DNA of 63,311 nt, counting the filler, from Octopus bimaculoides (taxonomy: Eukaryota): assembly GCF_001194135.2 (NCBI RefSeq). It is 5 parts of 5 records of this genome, joined end to end, with 100 filler letters (N's around TTAATTAATTAA, not from the genome) between each part and the next. Parts side by side here need not be neighbours in the genome. Positions count along the whole stretch, not along the records: positions 51,510 to 59,963 come from NC_068989.1; positions 60,064 to 61,940 come from NW_026308039.1; positions 62,041 to 63,311 come from NW_026317445.1; 2 more parts are not named here. One strand, 5' to 3'. Position 1 is the stretch's first letter. Each line of letters begins with the position of its first letter. The position numbers and the translations under genes are program-made. A model generated the notes under the pieces. That model had not been told where the DNA came from. It saw nothing but the letters and a program-made list of their open reading frames with translations, and ran no database searches. This document shows positions 53,458 to 63,311 of the stretch, in pieces.

Positions 53458-53599
53458 TTAATAAATGGAGTAATACGCATATGTTAAATGAATTCTTTTA
53501 TTTCCAACATATGTTTCGAAAATTACAAATGGTTTCTTCCAAAGGAATAAGCGATGTTGATAAAGATGTAATCTTCTCTTCAGGGAAATACATAGGAAC

Positions 53600-53940
53600 T
53601 AGCTTGGTTCATTCCCACTGCGTGGCACCTTGGGCAAGTGTCTTCTACTATAGCCTCGGGCCAACCAAAGCCTTGTGAGTGGATACGGTAGTCGGAAACT
53701 GAAAGAAGCCCGTCGTATATATGTATATATGTATATGTATGTGTGTGTCTGTGTTTGTCCCCCCAACATCGCTTGACAACCGATGCTAGTGTGTTTACAT
53801 CCACGTAACTTAGCGGTTCGGTAAAATGAGACCGATAGAATAAGTACTAGGCATCCAAAGAATAAGTCCTGGGGTCGATTTGCTCGACTAAAGGCGGTGC
53901 TCCAGCATGGCCGCAGTCAAATGACTGAAACAAGTAAAAG
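53600..53940 (+). mobile_element. SINE family 2
   Basis: Well-preserved body and 3' end (...ccagcatggccgcagtcaaatgactgaaacaagtaaaaga). A further 3' half lies at 55270-55490. Confidence 0.8.
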
Positions 53941-54092
53941 AGAGAAAGAGACAGATACATACATACACGTATTTGCTGAAAGATTGGAACGGTACGAGGA
54001 TTGGGAATATAGATGATTCAACTATCTATTCTAATCAAGAATTGAGTAAGATACGAGAGAGGGTGAGCGAATGAGAGAGAGAAGGAGAGAGA

Positions 54093-54130
<38 letters not shown>

Positions 54131-54895
54131 AAGATAGATAGATAGAGAGAGAGAGAGACAGACAGACAGACACAGAGAGAGAGAGAGAGAGAGAGAAAAG
54201 ATATAGGGTAGAGAGAAGCTTGATGTAAGTGAAAGTAGGAGAAGGATTAAAATCGCTTAGATTAATGAGATAGACAAACTGACCGAACAATAGAGAATGA
54301 GACAGATAAACAGACAGCTAGACAGTTCGGTGTGCGTGATTGCATGTCCCGCACATATTTTAATCCTTCTTTGCTAGACAAACTTATTTCTAAAAACCAT
54401 TATATTTATTAACTGTCATTCGTTAGATATCAGTGCCGACATGGATAAAAAGGCACTTTAACGTGGCTATCGGATTTTGCAAGTTGACTTGTTTTCATTG
54501 AGCATGTCGAACTAACTGTCGATGTTTCCACGTGCATTCAATTGAATAAAAGCACATAAATGTATGGCATCTGTATGTATGTATGAATGCATGTATGTAT
54601 GTATGTATGTATGTATGTATCCATGTGTATATGTATGTCTATGTACGCATGTATGTTTGTAAGTATGTATGTTTATGAGTGTGTGCGTATATACGTACAT
54701 GCATGTGTGTATGGAAGTATATCCAAAACGTATCGTGTATGTATGTCTTAATGCGTATGCATATATGTGTACCTGCGTTCACATGTATTTATGTCCATGA
54801 ATGTACATGCATACATGTTTCATGTGTAAATCTATATCTTGATTTAGCTTTGCCATAACGTTGATTTGGGTTCTGTCTCAATGCGCCAAATTGAC

Positions 54896-54952
54896 GAATA
54901 GCCCCCAGTTTGAATTAACGTGTGTATATACGAAATAATGAATGTATATATG

Positions 54953-54986
<34 letters not shown>

Positions 54987-55052
54987 TATAATATATATAT
55001 ATACATTCATTATTTCATATATACACACGTTAATTCAAACTGGGGGCTATTC
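54896..55052. repeat. 157-bp near-perfect palindrome: 52-bp arms (51/52 match) around a (TA)n core
   Basis: 54896-54947 is the reverse complement of 55001-55052 apart from one mismatch. Confidence 0.9.
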
Positions 55053-55203
55053 ATATATACATATACACACACACGTACATATACATACACGCTTACGTAC
55101 ACGCAAGCACACTCACACGCGCACACAAACACACATACGCAGATTGCTATAGCCCCAGATTGACGAATGCCTTGTAAGTGGACAGGCATACACACATGTG
55201 TGT

Positions 55204-55280
<77 letters not shown>

Positions 55281-55671
55281 ATTTCTATTTGTCCACCGCA
55301 ACGATCACCGCCAGAACTTGACATTTATAATTGCTATTTTTTTGCCGTCCCCGTAACACAACTGTTCGGCAAAAGAGACCAACAGAGTAAATAACAATCT
55401 CAAAATAAGTACTGAGGTCTAATTGTACGGCTAAAACCTTTCAAGGCGATACCCCAGCATGGTCAAAGTCCAATGACTGAAATAAGTATATATCAGTTTG
55501 TCTACATGGATGTACGTGTAAATAAGAGTGACTAGACTTCTGTTATGTGTATATGTATGCAGGAACGCATGTATATATGCATGTATGTATGTATGTATGT
55601 ATGTATGTATGTATGTATGTATGTATGTATGTATGTGTGTGTGTGTNNNNNNNNNNGTATGTATGTATGTA

Positions 55672-55730
<59 letters not shown>

Positions 55731-56792
55731 GCGTGCATTTATATATGCATTTATATAATATATTAAAAATTATCTTTCGCAAATAAGAGCTGGTGATTAA
55801 CTACCTGTCGTTTGTTTTTACCTGAATGTGCACGGATATGAGTTTATGTATACCTATAATATATGTATATACGTGATGTAAGGCATCAATTTGAAAATAA
55901 TTTCATATCAGAATATACTTGCAGACTGGACTTTCATTTGCTTGTTTTTTAAAAGGAAAGAAATATCTCACCAAGAATCAATTATTTTTTTCTCATTTCT
56001 AAAATAAATTAAATGAACTGAAATATATCACATAACCTTTATACATTTAATTTGTTTTTAATGTTTCAACAACAAAGTTCCTAATATTCGTAGATAGAAG
56101 TCATTTTAATCATACCTATTCAGTACGAAGAAGTCATTAAAGGTATGCTAATTACTTTATACAAGGCGGTTGAGCAGCATTTCTTCCAGGTCTTTACGTT
56201 CTGCGTTCACATTCCGCTGCGATCCGTCATTCCTTCGGGCTCGATAGAATATGGTAACAGCTAACTACTGCGGTCGATCCGATCGATGCAATCGACTTGT
56301 CCCGTCCCTCAAAATTGCTGGTATTTTCTCCTTTGATAGACTGGTGTACCGCTCAGAGGGTGTGTTGTGTCTATTAATCACTTATACGCCTTCGAAACTG
56401 TGTAATCAGCCGAATGACTTCTCGGTCTTGAGAAAAAAGAATGCTTTATATAATTTACACGATAAAGGAAAACGGAAAACATTTTAGAAAAGAGTAAAGT
56501 AGAGTGAGGTAAACATAATTTTCATAATTCAATAGCTGTGTAGATTTCGCATAAAAGCAGCAAGATGGCAGAATCACTAGAGCGGCAAATAAATACTTTG
56601 AGGTGCTTGCTCCGGTTCATTGCGATCTGGGTTCATATTTCAACAGAGTCAACTTTCCCTTTTATCCATGAAGTACCAGTCAAGTACAGCGGTACAATTC
56701 TCAGTTATACTGTATGAAGCTGCAACAAAAAGAGAATTATACCCCACCTCCAGTTATTTAGTATCTTCTGTTCTTTTTTTTTATTTTGATAG

Positions 56793-56951
56793 GCGAATAT
56801 GAATATAAACCATCGTTTGTTAAAGAAGGAACGCCTACAATTGACGTCGGTGGGCAAGAAACGAGTCATGAAGATTTTGGTGGGAGCCCTAGTGTATCAA
56901 GACCCCAATCGACATCGATAAATGATCCTTATTTATCATCTCGAAATAAAA
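56793..56951 (+). CDS. Dmbx: Penultimate coding exon of a Dmbx-like homeobox gene, xEYEYKPSFVKEGTPTIDVGGQETSHEDFGGSPSVSRPQSTSINDPYLSSRNK
   Basis: Strong poly-T acceptor ending gatag, donor A|gtaagt, 159 nt, phase 1-1, open frame. It splices in frame to the exon at 58318. Confidence 0.7.
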
Positions 56952-58317
56952 GTAAGTTTACACATGCGTAACATTGTTATTATTGACGTTGTTGCTGTTT
57001 TTTTATTGCTGGTATTGTTTTGTTGGCATTTTTGTTGCTGAAACTCAAGATAGTTCGTCTTTAATAAGTATTCCTGTGAACAGAAGTGTTCCAACAATTT
57101 TCATCCCATCTCCTTTATTTTTCCTTTGTCGGACAACATTATCCAATGACAATACAATTTCTGGTAAATCTAACAAAATTGAGGTATTTTCGTCGCCTCA
57201 ATGAATAGTATGGTGTTTTATTTTGATTTATAGTATAGTCTTTATGTATTTTTTTCATTTTATTTTAAGCTTTTATACAATTGTTATGTAACAAAAACTT
57301 TAGATACATATTAAATTAGAATATTACCGTATCCCTTGTGTATAACGACTGTGTACTGTGTTCTGTTAGCACGAAGTTAAATACTATTGGCGGTTAAAAA
57401 AGTAGAAACAAATTAGAATTCTTAATTAAGAGTACCAGACGTTCTTGAGTGTAATTGCTAACATGATTTTCTTTCAAACAATAAACACGTGAACCGTGTA
57501 CAATCCGTGGGCGTGTTTCTCTTTTCTTTTTCTAATGGGAACTTATAATGTACAATATATTATTCTTATACATATTATGCTACTTGTCACTATGCATTTC
57601 AACAACCTTAAATATTGAAGGAAATCGAAAACATAATAAAAAACTTTAAAATAATGAAACAAATTCGAATGCTAAACGTGCTAAATATTTGATTATGGAA
57701 GGAAATATTTTTATAGGTTCAAAATGCTTAACTCTGAAAAGAAATCTTAGATATAATCCAAATGTTTATTGGAAATTATTGAAAATCTATAATTCTATGC
57801 ATCAAAACAGAAATACGAACATTTATAAAACACAGGATTTCCATGGACCCTGTTAGTCTACAATAATATCTTTAAATTTATTTCCTACCGTACTTATTGC
57901 ATTATACTTAATAATAGTGTTTAATATCAAATTTATTTGCACATAATGGAGACTTTATATTTCTATGTTACCTTTGTAATGAATAAAGTAATCCCATATA
58001 TACGTTCCTTTTGCATCCTCATCCTTCTCGTCACTGTCGGCGTCATCATTATCACCATCCTCACTCTCACCGTTGTCTTTATCCTCATCAGCATCTTCGT
58101 CGCTGTTATCGTCGTCGTCGTCGTCGTCGTCGTCATCATCATCCTCATTATCATCGTGGTCATCGTTGTCGTCACCGTCGCCATCGTCGTCATTGCTGTT
58201 GTCATCATCGTTGTTGTCATCATCATTGTCACCCCAACTACCATTCCTCTACCACTACTATCCTTCTGTTTCATTGTGACCGTACGTATTGACATTACTA
58301 TTTATTTTCTTTCACAG

Positions 58318-58790
58318 ATTCATCGTCTCCTAACTACAGTCGGGCACCACTAACTTTTTCATCTCCTTACCATCAATTCGGACTTCTTAATGTTCATCAC
58401 CAGACGTTGGCTGCGGCCACATCATTACTTCACAAACCTTTTGCTCACAGCACTCCGGGACCAAGCAACACGGGTTCGGGTATTTTACAAATCAGTCCTA
58501 ACGGGGCCCTCACGGCCGCTTATTCAGGTTGGCCTTATTACATTCCAGCGCCTTTACCACAGTTGTCTACCCTGGCAGGCGATTCGTTTCAGACTGGTCT
58601 TCAACACACTTCTAGTCAAAATGCAAACCTGCAATCTGTATCTCCAGTTACTGCCGCAGCGGCAGCAGCTGCAGCTGCAGCAGCAACTTCCGGTGACGTC
58701 AGTGGTCAGAAAGACGCCATATTGTCATCGAGCATCGAAAATTTACGTTACCGTGCTCGCCAACACACAGCATCCTTAGGATTATTCTAG
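58318..58790 (+). CDS. Dmbx: Terminal coding exon of a paired-class (PRD) homeobox gene with OAR motif, most similar to Dmbx: (N)SSSPNYSRAPLTFSSPYHQFGLL...poly-Ala...SSSIENLRYRARQHTASLGLF*
   Basis: Acceptor tttattttctttcacag, in frame with ORF 58407-58790, rich in Ser/Pro/Ala with an 11-Ala run. The C-terminus matches the OAR motif and specifically the Dmbx1 ending as I recall it (TSIENLRLRAKQHAASLGL). The homeodomain was not seen. Confidence 0.8.
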
Positions 58791-59181
58791 GTTTTGTTTC
58801 AGCTCCATCACTGGACACAAATTATCTAGTTTAATAAACTTTTCTTCTTTAATATATATATATATATATATATATANNNNNNNNNNNNNNNNNNNNNNNN
58901 NNNNNNNNNNNNNNNNNNNNNNNNNNNNNNNNNNNNNNNNNNNNNNNNNNNNNNNNNNNNNNNNNNNNNNNNNNNNNNNNNNNNNNNNNNNNNNNNNNNN
59001 NNNNNNNNNNNNNNNNNNNNNNNNNNNNNNNNNNNNNNNNNNNNNNNNNNNNNNNNNNNNNNNNNNNNNNNNNNNNNNNNNNNNNNNNNNNNNNNNNNNN
59101 NNNNNNNNNNNNNNNNNNNNNNNNNNNNNNNNNNNNNNNNNNNNNNNNNNNNNNNNNNGTGTGTGTATGTTTGTGTGTATG

Positions 59182-59222
<41 letters not shown>

Positions 59223-59245
59223 GTATATGCATGTATATATAATGT

Positions 59246-59276
<31 letters not shown>

Positions 59277-59291
59277 CCTATATATATATAT

Positions 59292-59324
<33 letters not shown>

Positions 59325-59827
59325 TATATATATGCTGCATTTCTTCCTTTTGCTACAACGATGGCGCAGTCAACATTTATACTAAACAATTACACTTTGC
59401 ATTACAGCAATGAACGAAAAGATAGAGAAATAAAAGAAAACAAAAGAAAAGTAAAATCTTATCATCGTTTAAATATCGTCGACTGACACTGCTGATGCCT
59501 TTCATCTGAAACATATTTCTTCCTCTCCCCACCACTCTCACTATCTGTCTGCATGCATATTCTGACAGTAAAAGAAGAAAACAAGAAAAAAAATAAAAGA
59601 AGAAATTCTGTTTTTCTTTGCTTAAATGACTCACAAACTATTATTAAAGATGCCGTAAGAACGGAATTAACAGACTTTAACCATTTTTTTTTACTGATGT
59701 TTACGTGTTAATAATACTTGTTACTCTGCTGCTGCTGCTGCTGCTGCCACTACAACTACAACTACTACCAACACCACCAACACCATCACTACTACGGCTA
59801 CTACTACCACCACTAATAATAATAATA

Positions 59828-59867
<40 letters not shown>

Positions 59868-59868
59868 C

Positions 59869-59910
<42 letters not shown>

Positions 59911-59963
59911 CTTCTATTATGGGCACAAGGCCTGAAATTAGGGGGCGCAGTGTTTCACTGGTA

Positions 59964-60063
59964 NNNNNNNNNNNNNNNNNNNNNNNNNNNNNNNNNNNNN
60001 NNNNNNNTTAATTAATTAANNNNNNNNNNNNNNNNNNNNNNNNNNNNNNNNNNNNNNNNNNNN
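59964..60063. other. Artificial contig linker 44N-TTAATTAATTAA-44N
   Basis: Identical 100-bp cassette. Confidence 0.95.
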
Positions 60064-60102
<39 letters not shown>

Positions 60103-60299
60103 TGCACACACAGGCATAGAGACGCAGACACACACACAATTTTGGGGAAAGGGCAAGCTCATTAAGTCGATCCCCAGTGTTTAACTGGTACTTATTTTAT
60201 TGACACCGAAAGGGTAAAAGGCAAAGCGAACTTCGGCGGAATTTGAAATCAGAACGTAAGGACAGCTGGAAGGCCGCAAAGCATTATCTTCGACGCAAT

Positions 60300-60460
60300 A
60301 ATAATGCTGCTGCTACTGCTTCTGCTGCTGCTGAGGGCGATGATGATGATCGTGGTGTCGGTGATGACGATTATGATGACAAAAATGGCTATGACGATAA
60401 CGACAATAAAAAAGACAACGACGACGACGATGATAATAATAATGGTGATGATGATGATGC

Positions 60461-60491
<31 letters not shown>

Positions 60492-61144
60492 GATGGCGAT
60501 GATGATGATGATGATGACGATGATGATGATGATGGTGATGATGANNNNNNNNNNNNNNNNNNNNNNNNNNNNNNNNNNNNNNNNNNNNNNNNNNNNNNNN
60601 NNNNNNNNNNNNNNNNNNNNNNNNNNNNNNNNNNNNNNNNNNNNNNNNNNNNNNNNNNNNNNNNNNNNNNNNNNNNNNNNNNNNNNNNNNNNNNNNNNNN
60701 NNNNNNNNNNNNNNNNNNNNNNNNNNNNNNNNNNNNNNNNNNNNNNNNNNNNNNNNNNNNNNNNNNNNNNNNNNNNNNNNNNNNNNNNNNNNNNNNNNNN
60801 NNNNNNNNNNNNNNNNNNNNNNNNNNNNNNNNNNNNNNNNNNNNNNNNNNNNNNNNNNNNNNNNNNNNNNNNNNNNNNNNNNNNNNNNNNNNNNNNNNNN
60901 NNNNNNNNNNNNNNNNNNNNNNNNNNNNNNNNNNNNNNNNNNNNNNNNNNNNNNNNNNNNNNNNNNNNNNNNNNNNNNNNNNNNNNNNNNNNNNNNNNNN
61001 NNNNNNNNNNNNNNNNNNNNNNNNNNNNNNNNNNNNNNNNNNNNNNNNNNNTGATGATGGTGATGATGATGATGATGATGGCGATGATGATGATGATGAC
61101 GATGGCGATGATGATGATGATGATGACGATGATGATGATGATGG

Positions 61145-61175
<31 letters not shown>

Positions 61176-61480
61176 GATGATGGCGATGATGATGATGATG
61201 ACGATGGCGATGATGATGATGATGATGATGACGGTGATGATGATGATGGTGATGATGATGATGGTGATGATGACGATGATGATGATGATCGCGGTTTCGG
61301 TGATGACGATGACGTTGACAAAGAAAACGACGAGGAGGGCGCGGCGACAATAAAGAAGTGACGATGACGATTATTAACTACGACGACGATAAAGGCAACG
61401 ATGATGACGATGAAGTTGATAACTATGACAACAACAACAGCAACAACAACAACAACAACGACGACGACGACAACATTGAC
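60300..61480. repeat. Long degenerate (GAT)n array with GGT/GGC/GAC interruptions, spanning an N gap
   Basis: Visible directly; it yields the poly-D, poly-M, poly-H and poly-S pseudo-ORFs. Confidence 0.95.
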
Positions 61481-61940
61481 TAAGAGGACGTAGATGGAGA
61501 CAATGAGAAAAAAGCAAACAAAAAAAACAACAAAAAAAACAAGAGAAATGCAGTGAAAATCCCCAAGTCCACGAGCGCTGCAACTCCAATTTCATGGATG
61601 GTTTCCAATAAGTCTGCGATCGACGATGTTTTCCACAGAAGCAATTCCGATTCTTGCCAAATATTCAATAACACACTCCTAGGACTTCTTTTCTCTTCTC
61701 TGCCTCAAAGTAATAATATAAGAGAGAGATTCTTCAGGTAGATGAAGAATTTGATGGAGAAAACACTAAAAACAAGGAAATTGATTTTGTGCCAAAAAAT
61801 TAGCGAAACACTTTCTACATTCTAAAAGGAAATAATGTATACATACATATATACATACATACATAGCGATGCACGCGCTCACACACACACGACACACACA
61901 CACACATACACACAAACACACACACACACACACACACACA

Positions 61941-62040
61941 NNNNNNNNNNNNNNNNNNNNNNNNNNNNNNNNNNNNNNNNNNNNTTAATTAATTAANNNN
62001 NNNNNNNNNNNNNNNNNNNNNNNNNNNNNNNNNNNNNNNN
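61941..62040. other. Artificial contig linker 44N-TTAATTAATTAA-44N
   Basis: Identical 100-bp cassette. Confidence 0.95.
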
Positions 62041-62130
62041 TAATAATGATGATGATGATGATGATGATAATTATAATAATTATAATAATAGTAATAATAG
62101 TCTCTGAAATAAAATGCAAATCAATTGGGA

Positions 62131-62271
<141 letters not shown>

Positions 62272-62664
62272 AATAACAACAACAACAACAACAACAATAA
62301 TAATAATAATAATAATTGATTATAATAATAATAATAATAATTGATAATAATAATAATAATGATTTAATAATGAAATATATCTAAAAGGTCAAAATGTTAA
62401 CTTAAAAGAGTTATTTTGTTTCATTTTATTTTAATATGGTGATGCTGCTGGTATTTGTCTATCTATTCACAAAGGTGATGATGAGGAGGGCGACCATGAT
62501 GATGACGGTGATGATGATGATGATGATGACAATGATAATGATGACAGTGGTGATGATGATAATTATTGTATGCGAAATGTTGTCCAAATCATTGGACCAA
62601 TTAAATATTAAGATTACTGAGCAAATATCAATATTCCAAGTAGGGAAACAAACAAATTGGGGTG

Positions 62665-62718
<54 letters not shown>

Positions 62719-62968
62719 CAATAATAATAAAATGATGATAATGATGATGATGGAAATAATCATAATTCTTAGGCATATGTGGGCAAAGGATATTGAGAGA
62801 TTATTAAAAAAATAGTGAAAAAGTTAATGGAACTAGCTTCCTAACAGAATCATTTATGAATAAAATATAATAAAAAAGAAAGGTAAAACAACTTCATAGA
62901 AAAAAAAAAACTGAAATGAAACGTCCCAATAGGGGTATAACTTTGCCAGTGAATAATAGAAGCAGCAG

Positions 62969-63019
<51 letters not shown>

Positions 63020-63020
<1 letters not shown>

Positions 63021-63311
63021 GGCATGATAGAGCTGCACAATATATTCACTGGGTAATAAGGCATGATAGAGCTGCACAATATATTCACTGGGTAATAAAA
63101 TGAGACCATCGATCATGTTGTCTCCATGTGCAGTCTGCTTGCGCCTACAGAGTATCTCAACAGGCATGATAGAGCTGCACAATATATTCACTGGGTAATA
63201 TGCAAAAACCTGGACTTGCCCCATGATAAAAACTGGTGGGAACACAAACCACCCCCAGTACTTGAAAATGATCACATTGCACTCCTCTGGAACTTCACCA
63301 TTCAAACTGAC
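63020..63311 (+). mobile_element. 5' junction of a young R4/Dong-like LINE inserted in (TAA)n; runs off the window end
   Basis: Open frame NETIDHVVSMCSLLAPTEYLNRHDRAAQYIHWVICKNLDLPHDKNWWEHKPPPVLENDHIALLWNFTIQTD (63099-63311), homologous to 21960-22180. It is preceded by two extra copies of an internal 39-mer and by (TAA)n. Confidence 0.85.

Noticed and set aside
57937-58353. Hydrophobic V/I-rich, His-rich and Ser-rich ORFs
   Set aside because: This is a degenerate (CAT/CGT)n repeat inside the last intron of the Dmbx-like gene.
60243-61361. Poly-Asp 372-aa ORF resembling an acidic biomineralisation protein
   Set aside because: It is a (GAT)n array open in several frames on both strands, spans an N gap, starts inside a SINE, and has no signal peptide or splice context.

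Overview
This is AT-rich, microsatellite-dense animal genomic DNA from a gapped draft scaffold. The SINE families, microsatellite load and transposon mix suggest a coleoid cephalopod, probably Octopus; that is inference. Nearly all long entries in the ORF track are microsatellite or N-gap artefacts, and the real genes are spliced and missed by it. (1) Bases ~1-27.3 kb form an old tandem duplication with a ~14-15 kb period. Each unit carries minus-strand exons of a small secreted cysteine-rich protein with two internally repeated C-x2/3-VD(G/S)-x-C-x6-W-x7/8-C-x4-C modules. Copy 1 has a signal-peptide exon and two Cys-rich exons. Copy 2 has both Cys-rich exons intact, but I could not find its signal exon. 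The paralogues differ mostly at amino-acid-changing codons on a fixed Cys scaffold. (2) At 56.8-58.8 kb on the + strand are the last two coding exons of a paired-class homeobox gene whose C-terminal OAR motif (SSIENLRYRARQHTASLGL) best matches Dmbx. Its homeodomain exon(s) are not visible and may lie in an assembly gap. The rest is transposon debris: R4/Dong-like LINEs in (TAA)n, Tx1/L1-like and RTE LINEs, Penelope-like pieces, mariner, rosa/maT-like, Tigger and hAT transposons, SINEs and a MITE-like element. Four artificial 44N-TTAATTAATTAA-44N contig linkers are also present.
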